Source: Octopus sinensis
Lineage: Eukaryota
Assembly: GCF_006345805.1 (NCBI RefSeq)
Contig: NC_043006.1
Span: 22,072,001-22,136,000 of the forward strand
Direction: 5' to 3'
DNA: 64,000 bases
Position numbers and translations under genes: made by a program. Below the pieces are notes generated by a model. The model saw nothing but the letters and a program-made list of their open reading frames with translations. It did no database searches and was not told the origin of the DNA. Below are positions 37,471 to 49,552 of the stretch, piece after piece (positions within the stretch are counted from its first letter, which is position 1; each line of letters starts with the position of its first letter).

Positions 37471-37656
37471 CTAAAAGTAAATTTTAATGGTATTAAAAAT
37501 CATTTCAAAAGCCAGAACGCTCTATACAAATATTCTTTTTTACTTATTGTAAAATTCATGTATAATACACAGGTTTTTTTTTACCAAAACCAAGATTAGG
37601 ATACATACAATGTATGGTATTTGGCAGCAATTTTTTCCTCTCTGCTTTTATTTCAG

Positions 37657-38088
37657 AAAAATGCAATACTCTTACTCTTTACTCTTTTACTTGTTTCAGT
37701 CATTTGACTGCGACCATGCTGGAGCACGCCTTTAGTCAATCAAATCAACCCCAGGACTTATTCTTTGTAAGCCTAGTACTTATTCTATCGGTCACTTTTA
37801 CCGAACCGCTAAGTTACGGGGACGTAAACACACCAGCATCGGTTGTCAAGCGGTGTTGGTCGGACAAACACAGACACACAAACATACACACACATATACA
37901 TACACATATATATATAACATATATACGACGGGCTTCTTTCAGTTTCTGTTTACCAAATCCACTCACAAGGCTTTGGTCGGCTTGAGGCTATAGTAGAAGA
38001 CACTTGCCCATGATGCCACGCAGTGGGACTGAAACCGGGACCATGTGGTTGGTAAGCAGGCTACTTACCACACAGCCACTCCTGCGCC
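37657..38088 (-). mobile_element. SINE family B copy S2, chimera of S3 and S1
   Basis: S3-type tgcgacc left of 37714 and S1-type ttagtcaatc right of 37736. Confidence 0.88.
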
Positions 38089-38550
38089 ACAAAATATTTT
38101 AACAATTTTTTAATACAATTCCTAATACTATTTAATTATAAAAACGTAATATGTTTTTTCAGACATCGAATGACAAGGAGGGTCCATCAAAGGGAGCCAT
38201 AGGTAAAAAAAGAAAATGGTCGAGAAATGCTTGTTTGACCCATGTTAACATGAAAAAAAAAAGAAGAAAAAAAAAATGAACAAAAGCCAAAAACTATAGA
38301 TGAAGATGTGAGTCTTAATGCATTATATTACTGACCTGGAATAATCTAGTTATGAAATATTAATTAAATGAGTTGATACCAATAATTTAGTTAACTAAAA
38401 AAATAATTAATAATATACCACCAGACAAATCAATCTGCCTGTCTTATGTCAGCCAGTAAAACAATTTATATTAAATGCGCAATACATTAAAATGGTTTCT
38501 TTAAAGAAAATCCAACATTATTTGGAATGAAAAATTTTGGTTTTACTGAC

Positions 38551-38667
38551 CGGAGAACTGATACAGCACGATGGTGGTACACCACAAGATTCTTCTCCAC
38601 TAGCATCGCATTTGAAATAAGCATTGACTTCATAATCATGGAAAGAGTCAAAGCCACAACATTCCCA
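38551..38667 (-). CDS. TSPAN15: TSPAN15-like exon 5, copy A (identical to copy B)
   Basis: Same sequence and splice sites, offset 1471. Confidence 0.9.
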
Positions 38668-38842
38668 CTGAAAAAAAAGATTACAAAAATATTTTATTTG
38701 TATTTTTTTTTTTATAATTTTTGCTAGATTTCTTTCAAAGTAATTGTTAATAGAGCAATAGACACAACCACATCAAAATATTCCATAAATTTGAAGGAAT
38801 AAAAACTTGATCTCATTTTTTGGAAATATATTTTAAACTTAC

Positions 38843-38941
38843 CGAGCTCTGAAGCCTATCCAAAGTTGATTGCATCCGTTTATTTGAATGATACTCTGCA
38901 AGGGATGGTCTTAATTCTTCAGAATTCAGTGTCAACTCAGT
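38843..38941 (-). CDS. TSPAN15: TSPAN15-like exon 4, copy A (identical to copy B)
   Basis: Same sequence and splice sites, offset 1471. Confidence 0.9.
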
Positions 38942-39127
38942 CTAAAAGTAAATTTTAATGGTATTAAAAATCATTTCAAAAGCCAGAACGCTCTATACAA
39001 ATATTCTTTTTTACTTATTGTAAAATTCATGTATAATACACAGGTTTTTTTTTACCAAAACCAAGATTAGGATACATACAATGTATGGTATTTGGCAGCA
39101 ATTTTTTTCCTCTCTGCTTTTATTTCA

Positions 39128-39551
39128 GAAAAATGCAATACTCTTACTCTTTACTCTTTTACTTGTTTCAGTCATTTGACTGCGACCATGCTGGAGCACT
39201 GCCTTTAGTTGAGCAACTCGACCCCGGAACTTATTCTTTTGTAAGCCCAGTACTTATTCTATCGGTATCTTTTGCCGAACCGCTAAGTAACGGAGACATA
39301 AACACACCAGCATCGGTTGTCAAGCAATGCTAGGGGCCAAACACAGACACACAAACATACACGCACACACATATATATAAATATATATACGACGGGCTTC
39401 TTTCAGTTTCTGTCTACCAAATCCACTCACAGGGCTTTGGTCGGCCCGAGGCTATAGTAGAAGACACTTGCCCAAGGTGCCATGCAGTGGGACTGAACCC
39501 AGAACCACGTGGTTGGTAAACAAGCTACTTACCACACAGCCAGTCCTGCGC
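39128..39551 (-). mobile_element. SINE family B copy S3 (right boundary of the duplication)
   Basis: Diagnostic tgcgacc and ttagttgagc. Confidence 0.9.
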
Positions 39552-40479
39552 ATAATGTATTAAAGATTATTTTTTTAGACTATTTAAATCCATGCATTTT
39601 ATATAAAATGAAATTGGTTTCAAATTTTGGCACAAAACCAGCAATTTAGGAGGAGGGGGTAAATTGATTAAATTGATGTCAGTGTCCAACTGGTATTTTA
39701 TCAACCCTGACAGGACGAAAGGCAAAATCAAACCCAGCAGCATTTGAACCAAGAATGTAAAGAGGGATGAAATGCCATTAAGCATTTGCTAATGATACTG
39801 CCAGCTCAGCACCTTATAAAGTGATATATTAAAAACTAATGCATGGTTGTGTGGCCAATAATCTTGCTACAAAACCACATGGTTTAGAGCCTGGGTCAAC
39901 TAATACCTTGCAAGTGAATTTAGTAGATGTAAACTGCAGAATGCCAATCAAATGTATGCATAACCTTATGAAGGAAATGACAGAGAACCAAGATATGTGG
40001 CACATTGCTTTACTTGAGAAGATCTGCCCATCACAACAGAATTAAGATCCTAAAACTGAGGTGCCATGTAAAAAGTACCCAGTCCACACTCAGTAAAGTG
40101 GTTGGCATTAGGAAGGGCGTCCAGCCATAGAAACCAAGCCAAAACAGACAATGGAACCTGGTGCTGTCCCTAGCGTCACCAGTTCCTTTCAAGCCATCCC
40201 ACCTATATCAGCATGGAAAACAAACGTTAAAATGTTGATGATGATGTTCAGGATGATGATATATATATATATATATATTTATGTATCATTATCATCATCA
40301 ATTAATGTCCGTTGTCCATGCTGGCATAGGTTGGACAGTTTAAATGGGCTGGCACACTGGAAGGCTGCACCAGACTCCAGTCTGATTATATATATATACA
40401 TATATATATATACATATAAATATATATATATATGTTGGGCCTCACAGAAGCAAAGCAGTTGAGTTCCTTTCAAATTGTG

Positions 40480-40680
40480 ACCGCGTGTGTACTGTTGGCG
40501 ATTTTTTCCCTCTGTCTTCCCTTCTTTGGAGCTTTCCTTTTCCTATGTTTCTGACGAAAAGCTCTGCTCGAAACGTTAAACCCTCTGTCCTTCTTTCCTG
40601 AGCGTCCAATAATACTATACTTGTTCCACGTCCTCATGTTGTTATGTTTTCTCTTTGTGTTTTCATGTTTGGATTAACTA
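40480..40680 (+). mobile_element. Penelope-type terminal repeat with a hammerhead-like motif
   Basis: gtttCTGACGAaaAGCtctGCTcGAAACGTTAAAC at 40547-40581. Confidence 0.6.
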
Positions 40681-40739
40681 TATATATATATATATATAGA
40701 TAGATAGATAGATAGATCGATAGATAGATAGATAGATAG

Positions 40740-41042
40740 GTGGAGGCGCAATGGCCCAGTGCTTAGGGCAGCGGACTCGCGGTCGCAGGATCGTGTTTCG
40801 ATTCCCAGACCGGGCGTTGTGAGTGTTTATTGAGCGAAAACACCTAAAAGCTCCACGAGACTCCGGCAGGGGGTGGTGGCGATCCCTGTTGTACTCTTTC
40901 GCCACAACTTTCTCTCACTCTTTCTTCTGTTGGCCTGCTCACCTAGCCAGTGGGGTGGTGTCATTAGAAGGCTAAAACAATGTGAAGCGCATTGTGACCA
41001 GCGATGTGTAGCAACATCTGATAGCCTGGTCGGTCATGGTGA
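40740..41042 (+). mobile_element. SINE family D inserted in a (GATA)n run
   Basis: Family head and body. Confidence 0.85.
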
Positions 41043-41561
41043 TATAGATAGATAGATAGATATAGATATACACACATACATGTGTATCATCAGCAGCAGC
41101 ACAATCAGTTTCATCATCATCTCAGTATCTATTTTCCATGCTCGTATGGGCTTGAAGGAACCTGTTGAGGCAAATTTTCTATGGCCAAATGCTCTTCCTG
41201 TTACCAGCCCTCAACCTTACCTGTTTCCAAGTAAGGTAATATTTCCCCATAACCAGACATGTTTTCATGGCAGACTGAAAACAAGGCACACTGTCTGCAT
41301 GATAGTGACACTTGTTAAGGAAGAACATGTTGGAAAATGTAATTTTAGATAGATAAAAAAAGACAAGATGGTCATGAGTAGAACGTCTCTGAACACATGT
41401 CTGCTTAATCAGAGCTGGTATAGAACTAAACAGCAGCTTACAAGTGGAATCTTAACATTGGTAAACTAAAACGGAATTTGAAACAAATACCATGGTGATC
41501 AGATTTAAACATTTAATTGTTGTATAACTAAATAAAGAAGAGAGAAAAATGGGATACTAAC

Positions 41562-41636
41562 TTCATTTCTGTAGATGAATGCCAAAATTCCAATCGACAC
41601 TTGAACGAAAAATGCAACCACTGTAATTGTCAGGAA
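41562..41636 (-). CDS. TSPAN15: TSPAN15-like exon 3 (TM3: FLTITVVAFFVQVSIGILAFIYRNE)
   Basis: cctctcttttcag acceptor, GAA|GTTAGT donor, 75 nt phase 0; hydrophobic helix with the polar Q typical of TM3. Confidence 0.93.
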
Positions 41637-41934
41637 CTGAAAAGAGAGGTAAAAAATGAATAAAATACATGGAAAAAAAAAAAAATTAAAATTAAAATTA
41701 AAACTAAGAAAGAAAGAGATTTCTGAGGTGGAGGCATGGCTATGTAGTTAAGAAGTTCACTAACCCCAGTCAGAATCGAACCCACAAATCTATGTTAGCA
41801 TGGCTCCTTGTTAGTATTGATGTGTGGGTTCGATTCTGGCTGGGGTTAGCTCATCATTTGTATTTAGAAATTGTCGCTTAAAATCAGAGAATAAAATATT
41901 ATTATGATATGTTATTATACAGTTATATATATAT

Positions 41935-42821
41935 TTATTGTGGTTGTTTTCTCCTTATGCAGAGTCTGACCACCTCTTGTACCAACACCTTAGATCCATC
42001 ATGGTATCTCATGTGGCTTTTTGAACTAGACAATGTATTAAAAAGACACCCACATAGATTGCATATCTGATTTGGACTACCAAGAGCTGCAGTTAAGTTC
42101 TGATCTTTGTAGATCTTAAAATGTCTTTTGAGGCCTCCATTAGATTTGCAGACTTTATGGCATACACAGCATTGAAAGGTGTGCACAGATATATAAGCAT
42201 AGTAGTTGGCGGAGGTTTGTTTTCCATGGGTCTGCAAATGAGATTTGAACCCAGCATGGTCTGTCACAAACTGTGCACACAAAAAGGTCACTGAGATTTA
42301 CCTTCTCAGTCACAACATTCTTCTTTAAATCTTCCTTGAGTTTTGCATATGCTACCCTGGTCTCCTCAAACACTTTCAATCCACTCCATACTTTTGTGCA
42401 CCATCCAGCTCGATCCAAAGCAAGGGTTTTATGGCCTTGGATCCATTCCAAGTGACTTCATGGTAGTCCTTATGCCATCCTTAAATGTCTTTTTAAGGTT
42501 TACACAGACTATGTTTCCTCTCTGCAAACTCACCATAAAACAGCTGTTTGGGTGTACGTTCATCTGCCATTTGAACAATATGGCCAGACCACCTCATTTG
42601 ATTTTTCAGAATCATTGATTTAATAGAAGTGATACCTGCTGATGCAAAGACATCTGTCTGTAGTAAAAAAAGCTCCATTTAACATTTAAAATGCGATGAA
42701 GGCACTTTTGGTGGAATTGTTCTAATAGCTTGAAATAATAGTTTGTCTTTCACAACATGTCCATGTTTTAGAAGAATACAACAGGGATGGTAATTTTGTG
42801 TGGTTATTCATATGTCATTGG

Positions 42822-42826
<5 letters not shown>
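41935..42826 (-). mobile_element. Degraded RTE (BovB-like) LINE 3' end with three C2H2-like fingers
   Basis: LEQFHQKCLHRILNVKW, QMRWSGHIVQMADERTPKQLFYGE, DRAGW; then CTVCDRPC, CCVCHKVCKSNGGLKRHFKIY, CNLCGCLFNTLSSSKSHMRYH. Confidence 0.88.
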
Positions 42827-42868
<42 letters not shown>

Positions 42869-42879
42869 ACACACACACA

Positions 42880-43168
42880 TCACATGACTGACCAGGCAAT
42901 CAGATGTTGCTATACATCACTGGACACAATGCGCTTCGCATTGTTTTTAGCCTTCAAATGATGCCACCCCACTGGCTAAGCGAGCAGGCCAATAGAAGAA
43001 AGAGTGTGACAAAGTTGTGATGAAAGAGTACAGCAGGGACTGCCACCACCCCCTGCTGGAGCCTTGTGGAGCTTTAGGTGTTTTCGCTTAATAAACACTC
43101 ACAACATCCAGTCTGGGAATCGAAACCGCAAGTCCGCTGCCCTAACCACTGGGCCATTGTGCCTCCAC
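42880..43168 (-). mobile_element. SINE family D
   Basis: Reverse complement of the family head. Confidence 0.85.
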
Positions 43169-43525
43169 ATATATACATATATATATTGACAATATTAAGA
43201 ATAAGTATTACTCCAAAGTAGCAAGAGCATTACCTTTAATTCTATAATTATGCACTATTTTTTAAGACCCAACACATGTTTCAATTGCCCCAATTAGTAA
43301 GTGTTGCAATTGCAACCCTACTATAAAATGGTGCAGTGTTCTCAGGGTCTTAACTCGATATCCCTCAGGTATGGCCGCTTAATGATTTTCTTTTATAAAC
43401 TCTGCGTTGTACAATTTAGAGCTGCCCATTAAGTTAGACATGAACAAGATCTATTTCAAATTCTTACTGGATGATCATTTTCAGTCCATCATTTCAAAAC
43501 CTTGTATAGTTTAAATGATAATTAT

Positions 43526-44456
43526 TCATTTATACTTCGTAAATGTGAATTTCCTCATGTGTAAGCACCTCAATGCTTGCTCCTGTCTAGAATTTATTAC
43601 ATTACCCTTTCATGTGAAAACCCTGAAAAATTCTCATAAACATACATCACATCTATTGGTTCCAGATCTGTATGGTCTTGAAGTACAAATTAATTCCCAT
43701 TTAATCATACGGTTCTCGTTACTGTCATCAAAAGACCAGATTAATTTGCTAAAACTCATTTGGAACCTTTTATTTTTTTCTTAAATGAACTCAAATGATT
43801 TGCCAGTCTCCTCTTGATTACTAATGATGTCTCACTGAAGAAAAAGAATTCCTTACCCTCAGATGTAACTATACATCTACATATTGCATTTTTAGTTTTA
43901 CCCTTATTTTTCACATATAACAGAATTCCCATTTAGAACAATTGCAAAGACAGCCTTTTATATTTCCCTTAGATTTAGTTTCAAGTTGATCATTGACGGT
44001 AGAATTAAAGTCATTTCCATCAAGTTCTTTATTATTATTTACTCTTTTAGATAACATGACCTTTGTTCTATTTCTTGCAGAACTAATTTTTCTTGATTTG
44101 AGGTTTTTATTTATGTCAAATTAGATTGTTTCCCTTTTCACGACATTTAATTTCATAGTGTTCCCTTCTATTTGAGTTACTTTATTCAGTTTGACACTAT
44201 TATGCTTCGAATTTATTACGCTATTCTGATTGTAATTGCTTTTTTGAAATTTCAATATCATTTTAATATTATGTGTTGCTATAATTTTTGCAATATTACG
44301 GTTAAGACAATAACCTGATCTAAGCTTATGTCAATTAAAAATTTTGTAATATTTGTGGTTTCTTGGAAAATATCTTTGAATTGCTGTATTAAACAACTTG
44401 GAAAAATTGTAATTGACCTGTTTACTAAATGGAACGATTAACCATAAAGTATTTTT
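43526..44456 (-). mobile_element. Penelope-like element 3' coding fragment (GIY-YIG endonuclease region), pseudogenised
   Basis: KNTLWLIVPFSKQVNYNFSKLFNTAIQRYFPRNHKYYKIFN*...NIAKIIATHN; IKRRLANHLSSF; FSKLIWSF..IKWELI..PYRSGTNRCDVCL; INSRQE...RCLHMRKF. Contains stops and frameshifts. Confidence 0.85.
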
Positions 44457-44468
44457 CGAATTAAGATC

Positions 44469-44515
<47 letters not shown>

Positions 44516-44519
44516 TAAT

Positions 44520-44700
44520 TCAAATTTACAGAAAACAAAAGATGAAGACAGGTGAGGGAACAACAAGCAGGTGTATTAGTTTGATGCTCTGGAAGAATGG
44601 AAAAGTCTTTGATGTTGCGAGTCTACCTTATTTGACAGAAAGGACTGAGAGGGAAAAAATGGAGAGAAAACAAAAAACAGATTGAGAAAAAAGATGAATA
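44520..44700 (-). mobile_element. Degenerate Penelope-type terminal repeat (same class as 26400-26560)
   Basis: Similar to the 26400 block, with a decayed hammerhead-like core near 44606-44640. Confidence 0.45.
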
Positions 44701-44727
44701 GGGATTAACAGTTCAACATAATGAAAC

Positions 44728-44792
<65 letters not shown>

Positions 44793-45274
44793 TTGCTATT
44801 ATGCAAAAGTATCGTAAGTCCAAAACGTTGCATTTTCAGAAAACGAAGAAATAGTTTCGCCATTCCATTTCTTTTTACATTAGCTAACAGTTTCAGCTTA
44901 ATGATAATACTTTGTGGGCTGCATAAAACCATAACTCCATGCATGTATGATATTTTCAGTCAGAAATATTTTTGCAAAACTGTCATATGTGGGACTTACT
45001 ACACTTTTGAAAAATGCAAAACCATTGTACTACACTGTGACAATTTCCATATCTTGGCATGTGAAGCAGCCGGAGGGCCAGCTATTGCAAGCAAAATTAG
45101 ATATTGAAAGAAAATGCATTTGGTCAAATTTGGACATACAACAGTTTAAAATAAGAGCAACGATATATATATATATATTGGTAAAAACGGTAAGAGTAAG
45201 ATAACAAAAGAAAGAAAGAGACCTCAATATTATGTAAATATAGGAAATTTATCTATAAAATAATATGTACAATT

Positions 45275-45800
45275 ATTCAATAGACAAGATAAAACTCTGA
45301 GTTTCGGATGCCGAAGTGGAAATCCAGATAACCGAAGAGATAAAACTCAGAGTTTTATCTTGACTATTGAATGGTGACACGTAAAAAGCACCGTCCATTC
45401 GTGGCTGTTTGCCAGCTCTGTCTGGCTCCGTGTCGGTAGCACGTAAAAGTACCATCCGCTCGTGTTCGTTGCCAGCCTCGGCTGGCCCCCGTGTCGGTGG
45501 CACGTAAAAGCACCATCCGTTCGTGTCCATTGCCAGCACCGCCTGGCCCCGTGCCGGTGACACGTAAAAGCAACATCCGTTCGTCGCCGTTGTGCCAGCT
45601 CTGTCTGGCACCTGTGCAGGTGGCACGTAAAAAACACCCACTACACTCGTGGAGTGGTTGGCGTTAGGAAGGGCATCCAGCCGTAGAAACACTGCCAAAT
45701 CTGACTGGGCCTGATGAAGCCTTCCGGCTTCACAGACCCCAGTTAAACCATCCAACCCATGCTAGCATGGAAAACGGATGCTAAATGATGATGATGATGA
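45275..45800 (+). mobile_element. SINE family C with about six internal tandem units
   Basis: Repeated cacgtaaaagcacc units and (GAT)n tail. Confidence 0.85.
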
Positions 45801-46608
45801 TATATATACATACACACACAGACACCTGTCAATATACATACAAGTGCTTGATATACTACTCAATGTATCACTGTATTAGAAGTGTGTAGTGTCTGATAAG
45901 TGCTTGTAAGATGTGAGGCAAACAAGATTATATACTTAAATGACATTTTTGATGACTGTACATATCAATGATTGAGAACTTTGGTGTAACACAATCAATA
46001 AAAAGTTGCTCAGATGAAGCTTTGGTTCAAATATGTTATCCTGTTTACCAAATGTATTGTACATCTACACACACACACACACACACGCATGTGTATGAAT
46101 ACATGGATGCATAGAGAAGAATCTGCAGCATGTTTATATTTTTGCATTCCTCAAATGTCAAAGAAAAGTAGGTCAGAAAACACACGCACATATGCACATA
46201 CACACATCACCATCATCATCATTATTTTAATGTCCACTTTTCATGGTTGCATGGGTCACATGGAGCTTGTTGAGGCAGATTTTCTATGGTCAGATGCTCT
46301 CCCTGTCCCCAACCCTCACCTGTTTTCTGTAAGGTAACATTGCCCCAAGTCCAGATACATTCTCATAAACGATTGGAAATGAAAAGTACAAATGCATGAC
46401 AATGGCATTCGTCTACAACTATCATATGAACCTAAGGCAAAGAGATAGAAACACACACACACACAGAAAATGGGCTTCTTTCAGTTTCCATCTACCTAAT
46501 CCACTCACAAGGTTTTGGTTGGCCTGAGGCTAAAGTAGAAAACACTTGCTCAATATGCCATGCAATGGGACTGAACCTAATATCAAGTGGTTGGGAAGCA
46601 AACATTTT

Positions 46609-47021
46609 GGATCTTTTCGGTTTGAATGGCAGTTTTTTCTAGCGGTGTCATATGAAATTGTCACCCATAATTATGACCCTAGTATCCATCTATTGCATTT
46701 CAATCTGTTTTAGGGTTAGTGGTGGGGGGAAGGGTATATTTTTTCTTCACAAATGTAAATAAACCCAATCTGTTTCTTAAACGAGGGACATAGTCATACG
46801 GCACAGAATGTTTTTTTTTACCTCAATGGAGGTCATTGATTGGTTGAAATTGCAGATATTGAAGAAAAAAATAACAAATATCTTACAAACTATAGAATTT
46901 TCTCAATAAAGCCAAGAGAAAAAGATGTTTTATAAACACATTCTACCAGTATACGAAGTTTAAAATTTTTTTAGTTACCTAGAAATTATGTTAAAAACTG
47001 CCGTTCAAACCGACAAGATCC
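46609..47021. mobile_element. MITE of the same family as 33004-33638, with an 8-bp TSD (Merlin-like)
   Basis: GG...CC termini; aacatttt at 46601-46608 and 47022-47029. Confidence 0.8.
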
Positions 47022-47121
47022 AACATTTTACAACATAGGCATATCTGAACCGTTAAGAAAATTGCCTTTCATGTGGTTGTGAGTGGATTTGGTATTTGGA
47101 CGCTCAAGTGGTGTGTGTGTC

Positions 47122-47502
47122 GTGGAGGCGCAATGGCCTAGTGGTTAGGGCAGCGGACTCGCGGTTATAGGATCACGGTTTCGATTCCCAGACTGGGCGT
47201 TGTGAGTGTTTATTGAGCGAAAACACCTAAAAGCTCCACGAGCTCCGGCAGGGGATGGTGGTGATCCCTGCTGTACACTTTCATCACAACTTTCTCTCAC
47301 TCTTACTTCCTGTTTCTGTTGTACCTGTATTTCAAAGGGCCGGCCTTGTCACTCTCTGTGTCACGCTGAATATCCTCGAGAACTATGTTAAGGATACACG
47401 TGTCTGTGGAGTGCTCAGCTACTTGCACGTTAATTTCACGAGCAGGCTGTTCTGTTGATTCGGATCAACCAGAACCCCCGTCGTAACCGACGGAGTGCTT
47501 CC
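47122..47502 (+). mobile_element. SINE family D head with a different 3' tail
   Basis: Matches family D to about 47310, then diverges. Confidence 0.75.
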
Positions 47503-48033
47503 AAAAGGTGTGTGTGTGTGTGAGGGAGAATATTCATATGTATATGTATGTTTGTTCTGCGTGTGTTTATATCTGTGTTTGTTTACATTTTCACACCTCC
47601 AAGAATCACAGAGCAGTGATATTGTTGTCATTTCTCCTGTCAACAAATCATCTACTGGCTTTGCGCCTTTGAATATTCTGTATTTCATAAACGAGCAAGG
47701 CTTAGCAATAGGAAGAGCATTTGGTTTTAAAACAATGCCTTAACAATATATAAGTCTAACCCATACTATCATGGAAAAAATGGGCGTAAAAACTAACAAA
47801 TGATTATATATGAATATAGTAATCACACACACAGGTTCAAGCATGGCAGTGTGGCATGAAGTTTGCATTCCAGCCACATGGTTCCAGGTTCAGTACCACT
47901 GCACCTGAAGCGAGTGTCTTTTACTATACACCCATGTCAACCACAGCTTTGTGAATAGATTTGATAGAGGGAAACTGAAAGGAGCCTTTCAGTTTCCATC
48001 TATCAAAAGGATATATAAAGGAAACTTTAATGC

Positions 48034-49552
48034 AGCGACCTGGCAGAAGCTTTAGCATGTTGGGCGAAAGGCTTAGCGGTATTTATTTCATGTGCCGTTT
48101 CATTCTGAGTTCAAATTCCGCCAAGGTCGACTTTGCCTTTCATCCTTTTGGGGTCGATAAATTAAGTACCAGTTATGCACTGGGGTCGATGTAATCGACT
48201 TAATCCCTTTGTCTGTCCTTGTTTGTCCCCTCTATGTTCAGCCCCTTGTGAGCAGTAAAGAAATAGGTATTTCGTCTGTCTTTCCGTTCTGAGTTCAAAT
48301 TCTGCAGAGGTCGACTTTGCCTTTCATCCTTTCGAGGTCGATAAATTAAGTACCAGTTACGCACTGGGGTCGATGTAATCGACTTAATCCCTTTGTCTGT
48401 CCTTGTTTGTCCCCTCTATGTTTAGCCCCTTGTGGGTAGTAAAGAAATAGGTATTTCGTCTGTCTTTCCGTTCTGAGTTCAAATTCCACCGAGGTCGACT
48501 TTGCCTTTCATCCTTTCGAGGTCGATAAATAAGTACCAGTTATGCACTGGGGTCGATGTAATCGACTTAATCCCTTTGTCTGTCCTTGTTTGTCCCCTCT
48601 ATGTTCAGCCCCTTGTGAGCAGTAAAGAAATAGGTATTTCGTCTGTCTTTCCGTTCTGAGTTCAAATTCTGCAGAGGTCGACTTTGCCTTTCATCCTTTC
48701 GAGGTCGATAAATTAAGTACCAGTTACGCACTGGGGTCGATGTAATCGACTTAATCCCTTTGTCTGTCCTTGTTTGTCCCCTCTATGTTTAGCCCCTTGT
48801 GGGTAGTAAAGAAATAGGTATTTCGTCTGTCTTTCCGTTCTGAGTTCAAATTCCACCGAGGTCGACTTTGCCTTTCATCCTTTCGAGGTCGATAAATTAA
48901 GTACCAGTTATGCACTGGGGTCGATGTAATCGACTTAATCCCTTTGTCTGTCCTTGTTTGTCCCCTCTATGTTCAGCCCCTTGTGAGCAGTAAAGAAATA
49001 GGTATTTCGTCTGTCTTTCCGTTCTGAGTTCAAATTCTGCAGAGGTCGACTTTGCCTTTCATCCTTTCGAGGTCGATAAATTAAGTACCAGTTACGCACT
49101 GGGGTCGATGTAATCGACTTAATCCCTTTGTCTGTCCTTGTTTGTCCCCTCTATGTTTAGCCCCTTGTGGGTAGTAAAGAAATAGGTATTTCGTCTGTCT
49201 TTCCGTTCTGAGTTCAAATTCCACCGAGGTCGACTTTGCCTTTCATCCTTTCGAGGTCGATAAATTAAGTACCAGTTACGCACTGGGGTCGATGTAATCG
49301 ACTTAATCCCTTTGTCTGTCCTTGTTTGTCCCCTCTATGTTTAGCCCCTTGTGGGTAGTAAAGAAATAGGTATTTCGTCTGTCTTTCCGTTCTGAGTTCA
49401 AATTCCACCGAGGTCGACTTTGCCTTTCATCCTTTCGAGGTCGATAAATTAAGTACCAGTTACGCACTGGGGTCGATGTAATCGACTTAATCCCTTTGTC
49501 TGTCCTTGTTTGTCCCCTCTATGTTTAGCCCCTTGTGGGCAATAAAGAAATA
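48034..49552 (+). repeat. SINE family A head followed by eight 184-bp body units
   Basis: ttctgagttcaaatt at 48103, 48287, 48471, 48654, 48838, 49022, 49206 and 49390. Confidence 0.96.

Larger units (their letters stand above)
36257..39199. repeat. 1471-bp direct tandem duplication containing tetraspanin exons 4 and 5
   Basis: Constant 1471-bp offset; by eye 5 substitutions and one 1-bp indel between the copies. Confidence 0.97.

Noticed and set aside
48103-48286. Self-cleaving ribozyme in the 184-bp unit
   Set aside because: No CUGANGA...GAAA core was found on either strand by eye; other ribozyme classes would need an Infernal search.
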